Source of the DNA: Gammaproteobacteria bacterium
Lineage (GTDB): Bacteria; Pseudomonadota; Gammaproteobacteria; JAIEPX01
Direction: 5' to 3'
Length of the DNA: 64,000 nucleotides
NCBI GenBank assembly: GCA_019748175.1
Contig: JAIEPX010000012.1
Span: 132,413-196,412, forward strand
Shown: positions 49,405-59,710 of the stretch, in pieces
How positions within the stretch are numbered: the stretch's first letter is position 1
How the letters are laid out: the number at the start of each line of letters is the position of its first letter
Translations under genes and position numbers: made by a program
The notes under the pieces: model-generated
What the model was told of the DNA's origin: nothing
The model's database searches: none
Seen by the model: the letters and a program-made list of their open reading frames with translations, nothing else

Positions 49405-50523
49405 TTATTCACAAGACATTTCCAGGATAGCCTCCTCGCCAATAACATGCCATTGCTTAAGAGCAAATTGATCAAACGTGTATATTCCCTCATTAAACGC
49501 TGATTGAGCCTGATCGCCTAACCATTTAGGTGCACAATAAACTAAGAGTTTATGAATAGCATTCGTCTCTATTAAAGACCTCAGTAAACGGCCGCCTGCT
49601 TCGACCCATAAATCATGAACGCCATCACTGCCAATAACACCCATAATTTGTTCTAGATCCAGCAAACCCTCTAGCTCATCAACCGATATGAAACGTACAC
49701 CACGTTCAAGTAAATCATCAGGTAGTTTGCCACTATTTTTTGAAGAATAAAATACAGTAATAGGCTGATCATTTTTCCAAATCTGAAAATCACTTGTTAA
49801 GTTCAAATGGCTGTCGAGAATATATAACCGTTTGCTCAAACTTAAATTGTTGCTTTTAATAAAATCGGCAACATTATGATTTTTATCATCTTTATTTATA
49901 ATAATATTGAGCAATGGGTTGTCATGACTAATTGTTTTTGCCGTTGTCAAAATCGCATCACACCGCAAACGATAAGCATACGTTTGTTGCTTTAATGCTG
50001 TACCCGTAATCGAAATTCTCTCTCCAGCTGGCCCAGCGATTTTTCCATCCAGACTCATGGCAATTTTTGCGGTAACCCAAGGTCGCTGAGAATCTTGCCA
50101 ATAACAATAGCTACGATAAAACTGGTCAATCTCAGAACAGGCGACGTGCTCAGTATCAATACCTGCCGCCACCAAACGCTGATGCCCCTGGCTGGCAACA
50201 ATGGGATTAGGATCTTGATAGCTGTAAACAACCCGCTGAAGGCCCGATGCAATGATGGCGTCTGTACAAGGTGGTGTTCTACCTGTATGACAGCAGGGCT
50301 CTAGAGTGACATATAATGTAGCGTCAGAAAGATCGCCCTTAAATTCGCGAAGCGCCATAATTTCAGCATGAGGCTCTCCGCAGGCATAATGCACACCTTC
50401 GGCTACAATCTCATCGTTCTTCACAATCACTGCACCAACTGCAGGATTTGGCGCACAAAATCCCCTACGTGTAGAAGCCAACGCTAGCGCTTTCAACAAA
50501 TACGTAAGATTGTCCTGCAACAC
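49405..50523 (-). CDS. ribD: Bifunctional diaminohydroxyphosphoribosylaminopyrimidine deaminase / 5-amino-6-(5-phosphoribosylamino)uracil reductase.
   Basis: The CMP/dCMP deaminase zinc motifs are HAEIMAL and PCCHTGRTPPC. The C-terminal domain is an RibD reductase domain. Confidence 0.93.
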   Translation of the reverse strand: MLQDNLTYLLKALALASTRRGFCAPNPAVGAVIVKNDEIVAEGVHYACGEPHAEIMALREFKGDLSDATLYVTLEPCCHTGRTPPCTDAIIASGLQRVVYSYQDPNPIVASQGHQRLVAAGIDTEHVACSEIDQFYRSYCYWQDSQRPWVTAKIAMSLDGKIAGPAGERISITGTALKQQTYAYRLRCDAILTTAKTISHDNPLLNIIINKDDKNHNVADFIKSNNLSLSKRLYILDSHLNLTSDFQIWKNDQPITVFYSSKNSGKLPDDLLERGVRFISVDELEGLLDLEQIMGVIGSDGVHDLWVEAGGRLLRSLIETNAIHKLLVYCAPKWLGDQAQSAFNEGIYTFDQFALKQWHVIGEEAILEMSCE

Positions 50524-50816
50524 CTATTCCTCTCTATAATACTTTCGCTGAAATGAAGCTGTTCTAACACCTTGAATGCAAATGATTTCTATTTGCCCTA
50601 TTAACTGGGAACTGCTGATGATTTTACCTCAACTACAGGCTAAACACAATGTTCTCACAATGTACCCGAATATGCGTAGTTTTATTAGGACCGTCGAGTT
50701 GGCAAGCAGAATTCTCAACATACGCTATAATGTACATAGGTATGTTATGCAAACGGAATTTGCGCCTCTATAAGATAGGACATCACTCAAGAAGTTAAAT
50801 AATGAGGAGGTGTGTC

Positions 50817-51512
50817 ATGAAGCTGAGAAAGGTACTACTAGTAAGTTTGATCTTTTGCTTTATTCCATTTTTAAATGTCAATGCCAAAACTGAATCGACT
50901 GTTGGCACTGATGACGATCAAGGTTCACTGATTAAGAATCAAGATAGCATTAATCTATCTCGAGCCAACAACGATCAATCAAATGTTCAAACACGCAATG
51001 TGTACGCATACAATGATCAAGATAATGACGAATACGATGACGAAGATCAAAATGACAACAACACCTACTTTGATGCGCGCTATCAACACTACGCATACAA
51101 CACCCCAGAATACCGTGAAACCAATGGTCGAAGTCTTTTCATTTTTGATCCAAACCGTCATCGTTGGATGGCCTATAATAGCAGCGGCGAATTGGTAGGA
51201 TCTGGTAAAGCCTCTGGTGGCAAGGGATATTGTCCCGATACCAAACGTCGATGCAAAACACCTTCTGGAACTTTTCGTGTTTATTCGATGGGGGGCCCTG
51301 GATGCGTGTCTACTAAATTCCCTATAGGCCGAGGTGGCGCACCGATGCCCTACTGCATGTTTTTCCATGGTGGGTTTGCAATTCACGGGTCTTATGATGT
51401 TCCAAACCACAATGCAAGCCACGGCTGCATCCGCGTTGAACCATCTGCCGCACGCTGGCTCCAAGAAAACGTTATAGGGATAGGCACAACAGTGATTGTA
51501 AGACCTTACTAA
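50817..51512 (+). CDS. Secreted L,D-transpeptidase (YkuD domain) with an Asp/Asn-rich low-complexity linker.
   Basis: The catalytic motif is HGGFAIHGSYDVPNHNASHGCIRV, and a signal peptide is present. The real start is the ATG at 50817 after AATGAGGAGG. The ORF-track ATG at 50802 lies inside the SD. Confidence 0.8.
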   Translation: MKLRKVLLVSLIFCFIPFLNVNAKTESTVGTDDDQGSLIKNQDSINLSRANNDQSNVQTRNVYAYNDQDNDEYDDEDQNDNNTYFDARYQHYAYNTPEYRETNGRSLFIFDPNRHRWMAYNSSGELVGSGKASGGKGYCPDTKRRCKTPSGTFRVYSMGGPGCVSTKFPIGRGGAPMPYCMFFHGGFAIHGSYDVPNHNASHGCIRVEPSAARWLQENVIGIGTTVIVRPY

Positions 51513-51523
51513 CAACGGCGTTG

Positions 51524-51629
51524 CGGGGAAGGGGTCAGATCTAAGATTGATACATTCTTATAAGGCTAAAATAGCAATCGTATTTGTGAAGTACAGAATG
51601 TGTCAATCTTAGATCTGACCCCTTCCCAT
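51524..51629. repeat. Second MITE-like palindromic element (~100 bp), related to the 44608-44774 element.
   Basis: Terminal inverted repeats GGGAAGGGGTCAGATCTAAGATTGATACATTC / GAATGTGTCAATCTTAGATCTGACCCCTTCCC are present. They share a GGGGTCA(A/G)ATCTA(A/G)GATTG core with element A. Confidence 0.45.
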
Positions 51630-51677
51630 CCAACTCAAGACGCGACGCCAAAATAAATTACTGGTACACTTCTCCGA

Positions 51678-53102
51678 ATGAAATCAATCATCACACGTTC
51701 TTTAGTCATGATTCTTTTTGCAGTCTCAACGCTGAGCTTTGCCTACGCATTGCCGGATTTAGGTAACTCTAGTTATGCCTCACTACCAGCCAGTGAAGAA
51801 AAAGAACTTTCAGTGTTATTTATGAAAGATGTGCGCGAATCGGTTCCCATCATTCAAGATCCGATTATCAATAACTACATCAATTCACTCGGCAAAAAAC
51901 TGGTCTCTAACTCGACTGCTCAGCAAAAACAGTTTCATTTTTTCATCATAGATTCAGGCGACATTAATGCTTTTGCAGGTCCAGGTGCACACATTGGTAT
52001 TAACTCTGGAACAATTTTACTTGCAAAAAATGAAGATGAATTAGCAGGCGTTTTAGCGCATGAAATTACGCACGTCAGTCAACATCATTTCGCACGCGCA
52101 ATAGAAAAAGCCCGAGGCAGCACAGTGACTGCACTTGCAACAATTGCAGCCGCACTCATTGTTGGGACAGCAACGCATCAAGGTGATGCTGCGATGGGCG
52201 GGTTAATGGCCGCACAAACGCTCTCCCTCGAAAATCAATTAGGCTATTCGCGTGATAACGAACGTGAAGCTGATCGAATTGGTATACAAGTCCTACATAA
52301 AAGCCAATTTGATCCACAAGCCATGCCAAAATTTTTGTCTCGCATGTCCAAACAACAAATTGATATTTTAGACGGACGTTTTTCTTATTTGCGTACTCAT
52401 CCCGTTAATGAAGAGCGCATTGCTGATGCAAAAGCGAGAGCCGATGAACTTTCTCCTATTCACCATGAACCTTCTTTAAATTTTAAATTAATGCAAATGC
52501 GTTTATTAGCACTGAGCGGTTCCTACAATCCTGCTAAATTTAAAATCTTTTCCTTGAATGCGCTGAAAGCAAATTCTCCCGATTATTTAGCTAAACAATA
52601 TGGTAAAGGAATATTATTATTTCGTGGAAGAAAATTAACCGAAGCCGAAAATATTTTGCGTTCTTTGCATCAACAACATCCGCAAAATAGTTTATTTTCT
52701 ATCGCTCTAGCCGATATTTATCGAGAACAACAGCATCTTTCCACTGCCGAACAATTATTAGAAAAAAGTTACAATCTTGACCGCGACTTTTCTCCTTTAG
52801 TACTCAACTATGCCGAAATTCTTATGCAACAAAATCACTCTCAAAAAGCATTGCAATTACTGACAAATTTCACGCAAGAACAATCAAGGAATAACGTTGA
52901 CATTCTAGAAGCACTCGCACAAGCCCAAGCAAAAAATGGTTTAACGAGTCGCGCTTATCTTACACGAGCCCGAATTTATCAAATCACCGATCAACCTAAA
53001 CGCGCACGTCTGCAATCCCAGCAGGCTTTAAAATATGCCAGTGATTCTGAAAAAGCGTATATCAAAAATGAACTGATGTTAAATCCACAATACCCTAAAT
53101 AG
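51678..53102 (+). CDS. Periplasmic M48-family metalloprotease with a C-terminal TPR region (BepA/YfgC-like).
   Basis: It has a signal peptide, the HEITHVSQHH (HExxH) motif and downstream TPR-like repeats. Confidence 0.85.
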   Translation: MKSIITRSLVMILFAVSTLSFAYALPDLGNSSYASLPASEEKELSVLFMKDVRESVPIIQDPIINNYINSLGKKLVSNSTAQQKQFHFFIIDSGDINAFAGPGAHIGINSGTILLAKNEDELAGVLAHEITHVSQHHFARAIEKARGSTVTALATIAAALIVGTATHQGDAAMGGLMAAQTLSLENQLGYSRDNEREADRIGIQVLHKSQFDPQAMPKFLSRMSKQQIDILDGRFSYLRTHPVNEERIADAKARADELSPIHHEPSLNFKLMQMRLLALSGSYNPAKFKIFSLNALKANSPDYLAKQYGKGILLFRGRKLTEAENILRSLHQQHPQNSLFSIALADIYREQQHLSTAEQLLEKSYNLDRDFSPLVLNYAEILMQQNHSQKALQLLTNFTQEQSRNNVDILEALAQAQAKNGLTSRAYLTRARIYQITDQPKRARLQSQQALKYASDSEKAYIKNELMLNPQYPK

Positions 53103-53112
53103 GAGTCCCAAC

Positions 53113-53964
53113 ATGCAAAAAGATCAACCCTCTCAAAACACAGGCAGAACAATCATCCATGTTGTTCAAGGTGAAATAGCTGTTCTTAACTGCAAAAAAA
53201 ATCCTAATACTGATCTTATGACACTTGGCTTAATGGGCTGTTGCGCTGTGTTATTTATTGATGATAACTCAAATATTATCCTGGCACATGTTGATGATAT
53301 TACAGATCTTGATTTCATTAAGACATTTTCTGCAAAAATGCAGGGTAAATATACAATTGATATTATCGCTCATGCTGATCATCTTGACTCAATGGGAAAC
53401 GCAATATCAAATTATCTTAAAAAGCATTTTCCAGCTATAAAAAATTCAAAAGGTACTCATGATATACGGAAAACAAAAACAGGGGTTGTATTAATTCGAT
53501 CTATTGATAATGAAATCAAATTATTGACACCTCAACGGCCTCATTTGGCAATGCTTTCAAGGTTAAATGCTCAGAATAGACTTAAGATGAAATTACCCGA
53601 AGATAATCCCTTCCGAAACGATTCACTTGAAGAAGGCGGCCGATTCGACCAAGTCCGGATGTTTGAGCGGTCCTGTGAAGCACACTGCACTGATGTAAAA
53701 AGGATGCCAGCTCTGGTTTATGACAATAATTGGACAGGAAATTTTCCAGAGACTAGCAGAAAGGTTCAAGTTCTTCTCGAAGACTTAAAAAAGTGCACAA
53801 CCTCGTCATCACGTGAATCTTGCCTAAGAAAAAGCATACTCGATAGCCATAAAGGAAACATACCATTCATTATTCAAGCCTTAGAGATCTATAAACACTG
53901 CCTTGCAATTGAAGAAAAAGAAAAATCACAAAAATCTTCTATAGGATCAGGAATTATTCTCTGA
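53113..53964 (+). CDS. Hypothetical protein of 283 aa. Its N-terminal segment resembles the CheD-type Cys/His deamidase core.
   Basis: LGLMGCCAVLFID...NIILAHVD parallels the CheD GS-C-x-AV..D...G.AH motif (Cys to His spacing ~15 aa). AGGAG precedes the ATG. The similarity is motif-level only. Confidence 0.4.
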   Translation: MQKDQPSQNTGRTIIHVVQGEIAVLNCKKNPNTDLMTLGLMGCCAVLFIDDNSNIILAHVDDITDLDFIKTFSAKMQGKYTIDIIAHADHLDSMGNAISNYLKKHFPAIKNSKGTHDIRKTKTGVVLIRSIDNEIKLLTPQRPHLAMLSRLNAQNRLKMKLPEDNPFRNDSLEEGGRFDQVRMFERSCEAHCTDVKRMPALVYDNNWTGNFPETSRKVQVLLEDLKKCTTSSSRESCLRKSILDSHKGNIPFIIQALEIYKHCLAIEEKEKSQKSSIGSGIIL

Positions 53965-54323
53965 TGATGGCATCGCGTTTTGAGTTGTGACAGGTTTTGC
54001 AAATTTGATAATTTTATTAAACTAAATAATCTCAATTTTTGATTTAATTCACTACTAAAAAATTACTAATTTAATTATAGTTTACTATTCTAGTAATTAT
54101 TATATTATCCTAATAATTCTGATTATCAATTTCCTATTTAAAATCACCGAAACAGTAAAACCTATCACAAATCAAGACGCGACCCCAAATTTCTCCTATC
54201 GCGCCCCCATAGACATCTCTCCTTCACCCCTCTATACTTATTTCATTCCTATTACTCTTAACTTTTTGTATCACTATAGCTTAGCATACTGAAAACAGTA
54301 ACTGCGTAATCATAGGAAATGAA

Positions 54324-54989
54324 ATGTGGCCATTTAATCCAAAGCAATCTAATGAAAGTAAAGACGCTACAAGTGATCCTTACATTTGGATACCGGTAGG
54401 AGATAACAACCCATTTAATGCTCCAATAATGGATATTCGAGCGTTTACTCAGAATATGATCTCAACAACAAAAGACCGATCAATAGCTTTAAAGTATACT
54501 CAATCTCGAGGATCTAACGGTCTGGAATTTGTAGGAAAAATGCCACAAAACCCAATGGACATCCATACACGTTTCACAATTCCTCATAATGGCGATAAAT
54601 TAGAAGGCATTGTCTATAAATCGCCCGTTATGGAAGTGAAATGGGATATCTATGCCTATGATAACTGGTTTTATTTTGTTCGGAGCTGGACTTCGGAACT
54701 TATATATAGAGTGCAATTTATTAATACTGGCCCTACTCTTGAATTTATTAAAATTATCGTCGCACAGGGCAAGGTACCTGAATACATTTCTCAAGACATC
54801 TACTCCATAATCTTAACGCATGCATTGAATAGAGTATGGCCTTACCATCTTCCACAGAAGTTACATTCAGTGACAGGAGATAATATCGCCATATTTATGT
54901 ATGCCTTGTTCGGCTCTAAAGCAACTTTGGTGACAAAAGAAAATGTAATGAAAATTCAATTACTTGATGATGGCGTCGCGCCTAACTAA
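54324..54989 (+). CDS. Hypothetical protein of 221 aa.
   Basis: ORF with an AGGAAA RBS. No domain was recognised. Confidence 0.45.
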   Translation: MWPFNPKQSNESKDATSDPYIWIPVGDNNPFNAPIMDIRAFTQNMISTTKDRSIALKYTQSRGSNGLEFVGKMPQNPMDIHTRFTIPHNGDKLEGIVYKSPVMEVKWDIYAYDNWFYFVRSWTSELIYRVQFINTGPTLEFIKIIVAQGKVPEYISQDIYSIILTHALNRVWPYHLPQKLHSVTGDNIAIFMYALFGSKATLVTKENVMKIQLLDDGVAPN

Positions 54990-56139
54990 ATGCATCGATC
55001 CCCGTCAAATATTTACCTAGAATTAAATGATGTATATTATCCGTACCTTCATAGGTAAATACCGATTCTAGATTGACAACATGGCGCATCACAGGATATT
55101 CAGTACTAATTCCATTGGCGCCCATTAAATTGCGGGCCATTCTCGCAATTCGAAGTGCTTCACGACAATTATTCATTTTCGCAAGTGAAATCATTTCTGG
55201 CGTTGCTTCGCCGACATTCATTAAACGACCCAATTGAATATTTAAACATTTTGCTTTAATTATTTCGTTATATATATCAACTAAATCTTTTTGAATTAAT
55301 TGATATGAGGCTAAAGGTTTGGCAAATTGATTTCGCTCGGCTAAATAATTGCTTGCGGTGTCGAAACAACTTTCTGCAGCTCCAATGACTCCCCATGAAA
55401 TTCCAAATCTCGCTTGGTTGAGACAGCTTAAAGCACAACTCAATCCTTTTTCTGTACCCGGCAACATATTTTCTTCCGGAATCCAGCAATCATTCAAACT
55501 AATTTCACCGGTACTGGAAGCTCGCAAAGAAAATTTATGCTTCATCTCAGAACAAGCAATACCTTCACGATCGGTTTCAACTAAAAATCCTCGAATTCCA
55601 TCAGAGGTATGTGCCCAAATTAATGCTAAGTGCGCTAGAGGCGCATTCGTGATCCACATTTTGGATCCGTTTAATACCCAACCATTATTTGATCGTTTTG
55701 CATGGGTTTTCATACTGCTAGGATCAGAACCCGAATCAGGCTCTGTAAGTCCAAAACAGCCAATCACCTCACCTTTGGCCATACACGGCAGCCATTTTTG
55801 CTGCTGTTCTTCTGATCCAAAGCGATAAATAGGATACATACATAAGGAACTTTGTACTGAAGCAAAACTTCGCAGTGCGCTATCCCCCCGCTCTAGTTCC
55901 TGACAAACTAAACCATAACTATAAGCGCTTGCGTTAGAGCCACCAACCGATTCCGGTAGTCGCATCCCAAAGATTCCAAGAGCTGCCATTTTAGCGATCA
56001 ATTCGTGAGGAAAATGCGCAGATTCATTGGCAGGCGCTAACAATGGTTCCGCAACTTCGGTCACAAAACGACGAACGGCATCACGAATCATGAGTTCTTC
56101 GCTTGAAAATAATGTATCGAGCATTAAGATATCTTTCAT
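54982..56139 (-). CDS. Acyl-CoA dehydrogenase (glutaryl-CoA dehydrogenase-like).
   Basis: ACAD signatures are GLTEPDSGSDPSSM, WITNAPLA and the C-terminal TYEGTDNIH. Confidence 0.9.
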   Translation of the reverse strand: MKDILMLDTLFSSEELMIRDAVRRFVTEVAEPLLAPANESAHFPHELIAKMAALGIFGMRLPESVGGSNASAYSYGLVCQELERGDSALRSFASVQSSLCMYPIYRFGSEEQQQKWLPCMAKGEVIGCFGLTEPDSGSDPSSMKTHAKRSNNGWVLNGSKMWITNAPLAHLALIWAHTSDGIRGFLVETDREGIACSEMKHKFSLRASSTGEISLNDCWIPEENMLPGTEKGLSCALSCLNQARFGISWGVIGAAESCFDTASNYLAERNQFAKPLASYQLIQKDLVDIYNEIIKAKCLNIQLGRLMNVGEATPEMISLAKMNNCREALRIARMARNLMGANGISTEYPVMRHVVNLESVFTYEGTDNIHHLILGKYLTGIDAFS

Positions 56140-56206
56140 TAACAGTTATCCCTCACTAAGTTAACAGTAATATAATAGCACAGTGCTCTCCAACACCCAA
56201 AATCCT

Positions 56207-58651
56207 TCACAAAGAAAAATCACTCACGCTATTAATATCACTAGGTAATTGGTCTGCCTCAAACAGTGAACGGAAGACACTAAGGGCATTATCGAGAGTT
56301 AAAGACTTCAGTTTCACAGGATAGTTCAACTGAGTGACTAGTATACCAATGAAAATTTCAAGAAATTTTGCTGAAAAGACATTTGCAGGTCTTTTATCGA
56401 TAAATTCAAAAATTTCACGAGCCATTCTTACTTTGCTGAAAATACTCAGCTCGCATCGTCTCAAAAGATCTTTTGCTTTGCTCACTTCATCTGCGTATTC
56501 GCTGTCCAACCCGTATGTTGATGAGAAAAAGTTGATTTGACTCGGTTGATTTTCAAAAGATTCAAATTCTTTGATAGCGTTTGAGATTGCATCGATGAAA
56601 AGTCTATTTTCGCGAAATATAATAAATTGATCAGACTGCTGAACAAGCGAGTGTGCGTAAGAGTATTCTTTAAGCCTACAAAAATCATAAAACTCTTGAA
56701 GCTTTTTTAAAAAATCATCTCGACAATTTAAAACACCTTTAAGAATAGTGAACACTGAATACGGTTGTAATGAAACCGAATTTATGTCATTACATAATGA
56801 TGTAATTTCACTCTGTATAGATTCATTTCTTGCTTCATCTGGAACAGCGCTCAAGACCACCAAATAATATATTAATTTTTGTCGTTGATAACCGCTTACG
56901 GTTTGTTTTTCTTGTATTATGTGAAATAACTCGCATTGTTGCAGAGTCCTGTACAAATAATAGGCTAACTCTGCATTTTGAGGTAATTCGAGCTGATGAC
57001 TTCCACTAACTGAACCCATAAAAAATTGAAGAACCGTTGAAAACCCACTATAGCACACTGGCGCGTTAATTATCCTCTGTAGCAAACTATTAATTCGAGG
57101 TTGTAATATTCCGCGGTAGTACAATAACAATTTTTGAGAATGGAACGGGCCTATTTGATCACTGACCTGATCTTTCTTATCTTTTTCAGCAGAACTTCCT
57201 TGTTTCTTTGGGGCTTGAGACTCACCCAATTGAAGCTCAACTCGTATGTCATCTGCAAACTGCCAAAAACTTTTTGCCTCAACAATAACTTTATCTTTCT
57301 CTGACCCTTCAAGTTGATCTGCTAGCTCTAAAGAATCATCCATTGCTTCTATGGCCAGTTTTCCCAACTCATATAAAAAGCATTTTAATTCTTCTCTTCT
57401 TCTTAACGATTTTCCTAACAATGAAAATTGTTCTGGAATTTTCGAATCAACCAGGGATAAAACCCATTGCATTCTAACTCGGCGCGCTGTGAAATGATCA
57501 TGAAGAAGATAGAAACGAATTAGAGCATCAAATCCTATTTCTGCGCTCTGCTCTTTCAAAAAATCAGGACTGATAGCAACGCCATAGTAATATAAAATAA
57601 ATCCATAGTGATCATTTTTTTGGATTGCTGAATTAGACATTAAATTGTAAAATTGTGCTTTTATAACATCACATAAATGTTCTTTACGAAGTCTATGACA
57701 GGTCAAATAAGCTCTATGTAATAATTGAGCAGCTATTTTGATGTTGTCATTGTCAGGTGCGAGCGCTTTAATTCTTTTTTCTGCAACATTGACCAACCCA
57801 AATGGATCTCCTAGAACTGCAACACCCTTTACGTCTATCTTGATCTGTGTTGTTTTGACTTCTTGGTATTTATTATCAAATAGGCTTTTAGTTGCGCTAT
57901 CATCTTCACCATTATTCGAATTTAACTCAGCTTCAAGTAGCTCTATCGCAGTGATCAATTTTTTAATATCTATCTGTCTTTTAAGACCTAAATTAATACC
58001 CAAACTATCGCTCTCTTCAAAGCCTTTTAGAAGTATCCCTTTAACAGCAGAATAACCAGAATGTCTTGTACTCTTTAATCGAGCTTTACTCACTTCATTA
58101 TTTAAAAACATTTCAACTTGTTGAAAGTGTGCCTCAGGGTTGTAATCATCAATTAACGCTTTTTCAAAACAGTCCCAAGCAAAAGAAAAATTAGGCTTAC
58201 CTTCGTGCTGTCCGTGCCCTTTACGCGCCATAATTCCAAGAAAAAGCCATGCATCTTTTTGACTCAATGAAACTGCAAGTTCAAAATAATGCTTTGCCCG
58301 TGCATCATCCTGTTGTATACCAGCACCTAAATATTGAACGACACCTAATAACGTTGCTACTTTAGCTGTTTCTCCTAAAGTACCAGTATAAGTTTGTGGG
58401 ACTGCAATCTCTTTCCTATTTCTACAGAGTCGCAAAGGTACTTTTATATGCATTCGTTCGTATGATCTGCACACGACAAGCATTCGACTTGTCTGATTTG
58501 CAGTGAGCTCAAAATGTAAACAGTGATACAGTAATTGTTTAAATTCTTTTATATCTTTGAAAACTGCATTTCTGACCTTCTCTTCAAAGCGATTTAACTC
58601 TGCTAAAGATGAGGAATTGTGTTGTTCTGATTCGCTTTGTTTACCTTGCAT
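56207..58651 (-). CDS. Large (814-aa) mostly alpha-helical protein with Sel1-like repeats. It is effector-like and lies immediately downstream of ccmI.
   Basis: LGVVQYLGAGIQQDDARAKHYFELA... and LFLGIMARKGHGQHEGKPNFSFAWDCFEKA resemble Sel1/TPR repeats. The start overlaps the ccmI stop by ~11 nt. Confidence 0.55.
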   Translation of the reverse strand: MQGKQSESEQHNSSSLAELNRFEEKVRNAVFKDIKEFKQLLYHCLHFELTANQTSRMLVVCRSYERMHIKVPLRLCRNRKEIAVPQTYTGTLGETAKVATLLGVVQYLGAGIQQDDARAKHYFELAVSLSQKDAWLFLGIMARKGHGQHEGKPNFSFAWDCFEKALIDDYNPEAHFQQVEMFLNNEVSKARLKSTRHSGYSAVKGILLKGFEESDSLGINLGLKRQIDIKKLITAIELLEAELNSNNGEDDSATKSLFDNKYQEVKTTQIKIDVKGVAVLGDPFGLVNVAEKRIKALAPDNDNIKIAAQLLHRAYLTCHRLRKEHLCDVIKAQFYNLMSNSAIQKNDHYGFILYYYGVAISPDFLKEQSAEIGFDALIRFYLLHDHFTARRVRMQWVLSLVDSKIPEQFSLLGKSLRRREELKCFLYELGKLAIEAMDDSLELADQLEGSEKDKVIVEAKSFWQFADDIRVELQLGESQAPKKQGSSAEKDKKDQVSDQIGPFHSQKLLLYYRGILQPRINSLLQRIINAPVCYSGFSTVLQFFMGSVSGSHQLELPQNAELAYYLYRTLQQCELFHIIQEKQTVSGYQRQKLIYYLVVLSAVPDEARNESIQSEITSLCNDINSVSLQPYSVFTILKGVLNCRDDFLKKLQEFYDFCRLKEYSYAHSLVQQSDQFIIFRENRLFIDAISNAIKEFESFENQPSQINFFSSTYGLDSEYADEVSKAKDLLRRCELSIFSKVRMAREIFEFIDKRPANVFSAKFLEIFIGILVTQLNYPVKLKSLTLDNALSVFRSLFEADQLPSDINSVSDFSL

Positions 58652-59324
58652 TCTCTTTTACTACCTTCTGAGCTTGAGCTATTATTTCGAGCAGCTTTGC
58701 ACCATCCTCACTTTCAGGTGAGTAGTATGGCAAGAGCTTCTCAAAATAGCTAAGTGCTTGATTATATTGATGCTTATTATACGCGTCAGTACCTAATAGA
58801 GTCAATGCAACGGGTGACTCAGGAGCCTTTTTCAGGACTTCTAGCAATAGGGCATGTGCCTCCGGATTCAAGCTATTGTGATGCTGTATAAACAAGGCCT
58901 GAGCCAATGCCAGGAGGGTATCCACATCCACACGATTAAGCTTGTAGGACTTTTGAAGAGCTTTAACAGCCTCTTCTGTACGCTGATCGTGCAAATATAA
59001 TTTCCCGACTAAATACCACCCTTTTGCGCTCTGAGGGTTCTGTTCGAGATGCGCCTCAAACTCATGAATCAATTTTTCGCGAGATGCCTTGCCTTTTATA
59101 TCATCACCCATCTCAGCCATTCGTGATTGTACTAAAGCCGCTTGTTGAACTCGGTCATATCCACCCCAAAAGTAATACAATAGTCCCGACAAAGCTGGGA
59201 TAAACACTACGATACCTATAAGGATTAAAAAGTTTTTTGATGAAAATAAAGTTCGTGAAAAAGGCCAAAGAATAATTCCAAACGCTGTAGTGATTAAAAA
59301 AATTATGCCAATCCAAAATATCAT
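58641..59324 (-). CDS. ccmI: Cytochrome c-type biogenesis protein CcmI (CycH). It has an N-terminal TM pair plus TPR repeats.
   Basis: It is last in the ccm cluster, and topology and TPR content match this family. Confidence 0.78.
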   Translation of the reverse strand: MIFWIGIIFLITTAFGIILWPFSRTLFSSKNFLILIGIVVFIPALSGLLYYFWGGYDRVQQAALVQSRMAEMGDDIKGKASREKLIHEFEAHLEQNPQSAKGWYLVGKLYLHDQRTEEAVKALQKSYKLNRVDVDTLLALAQALFIQHHNSLNPEAHALLLEVLKKAPESPVALTLLGTDAYNKHQYNQALSYFEKLLPYYSPESEDGAKLLEIIAQAQKVVKENAR

Positions 59325-59710
59325 TTACTTTTTCTCACTGTGCTAGACAATACTATCATTCCAACAATTAAGAGAATTATTGGACTTGCCCAGAGTATCC
59401 ACGTTTGCTTTGCCACGGAGGGCTCTAAAAGTACATATTCACCATAACGCTGAGTCAAATGTTGTTTAATTTCCTCATTCGTTTTATTTTGAATAATTAA
59501 GCGATAGATTTCTGAGCGTAAATCAGCAGCAAACGGTGCATTGGAATCCGAAATGGCTTGATTTTGACAGACTAAACAGCGAACTTCCTGAGTCAATTTT
59601 GTAAATTGATTTTTTTGAATAGTTGATGCAAAAGGATAAAGATCATCGCCTGCAATGACAGGTAAAATCCAGATAATTAAAAATAATGGCAACAACAGAT
59701 TCTTAATCAC
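59321..59710 (-). CDS. ccmH: Cytochrome c-type biogenesis protein CcmH (CycL).
   Basis: The motif LRCLVCQNQ is present (CxxC; 'L' RCxxC). Confidence 0.85.
   Translation of the reverse strand: MIKNLLLPLFLIIWILPVIAGDDLYPFASTIQKNQFTKLTQEVRCLVCQNQAISDSNAPFAADLRSEIYRLIIQNKTNEEIKQHLTQRYGEYVLLEPSVAKQTWILWASPIILLIVGMIVLSSTVRKSK

Noticed and set aside
50524-50801. Possible FMN riboswitch (RFN element) upstream of ribD on the minus strand.
   Set aside because: The reverse complement of the ribD upstream region lacks the conserved RFN cores (GGGTGAAATTCC, AGCCGACAGT, GTCTGGATGGGAGA). Only a vague GAGAATTCTGC resemblance was seen, so it is not called.
50979-51515. Minus-strand 178-aa ORF antisense to the L,D-transpeptidase gene.
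   Set aside because: The sense strand encodes a clear YkuD catalytic motif. The antisense frame is Val/Ile/Cys-rich low complexity.
55349-55828. Plus-strand 159-aa ORF inside the acyl-CoA dehydrogenase gene.
   Set aside because: It is antisense to a strongly conserved ACAD, with no RBS.
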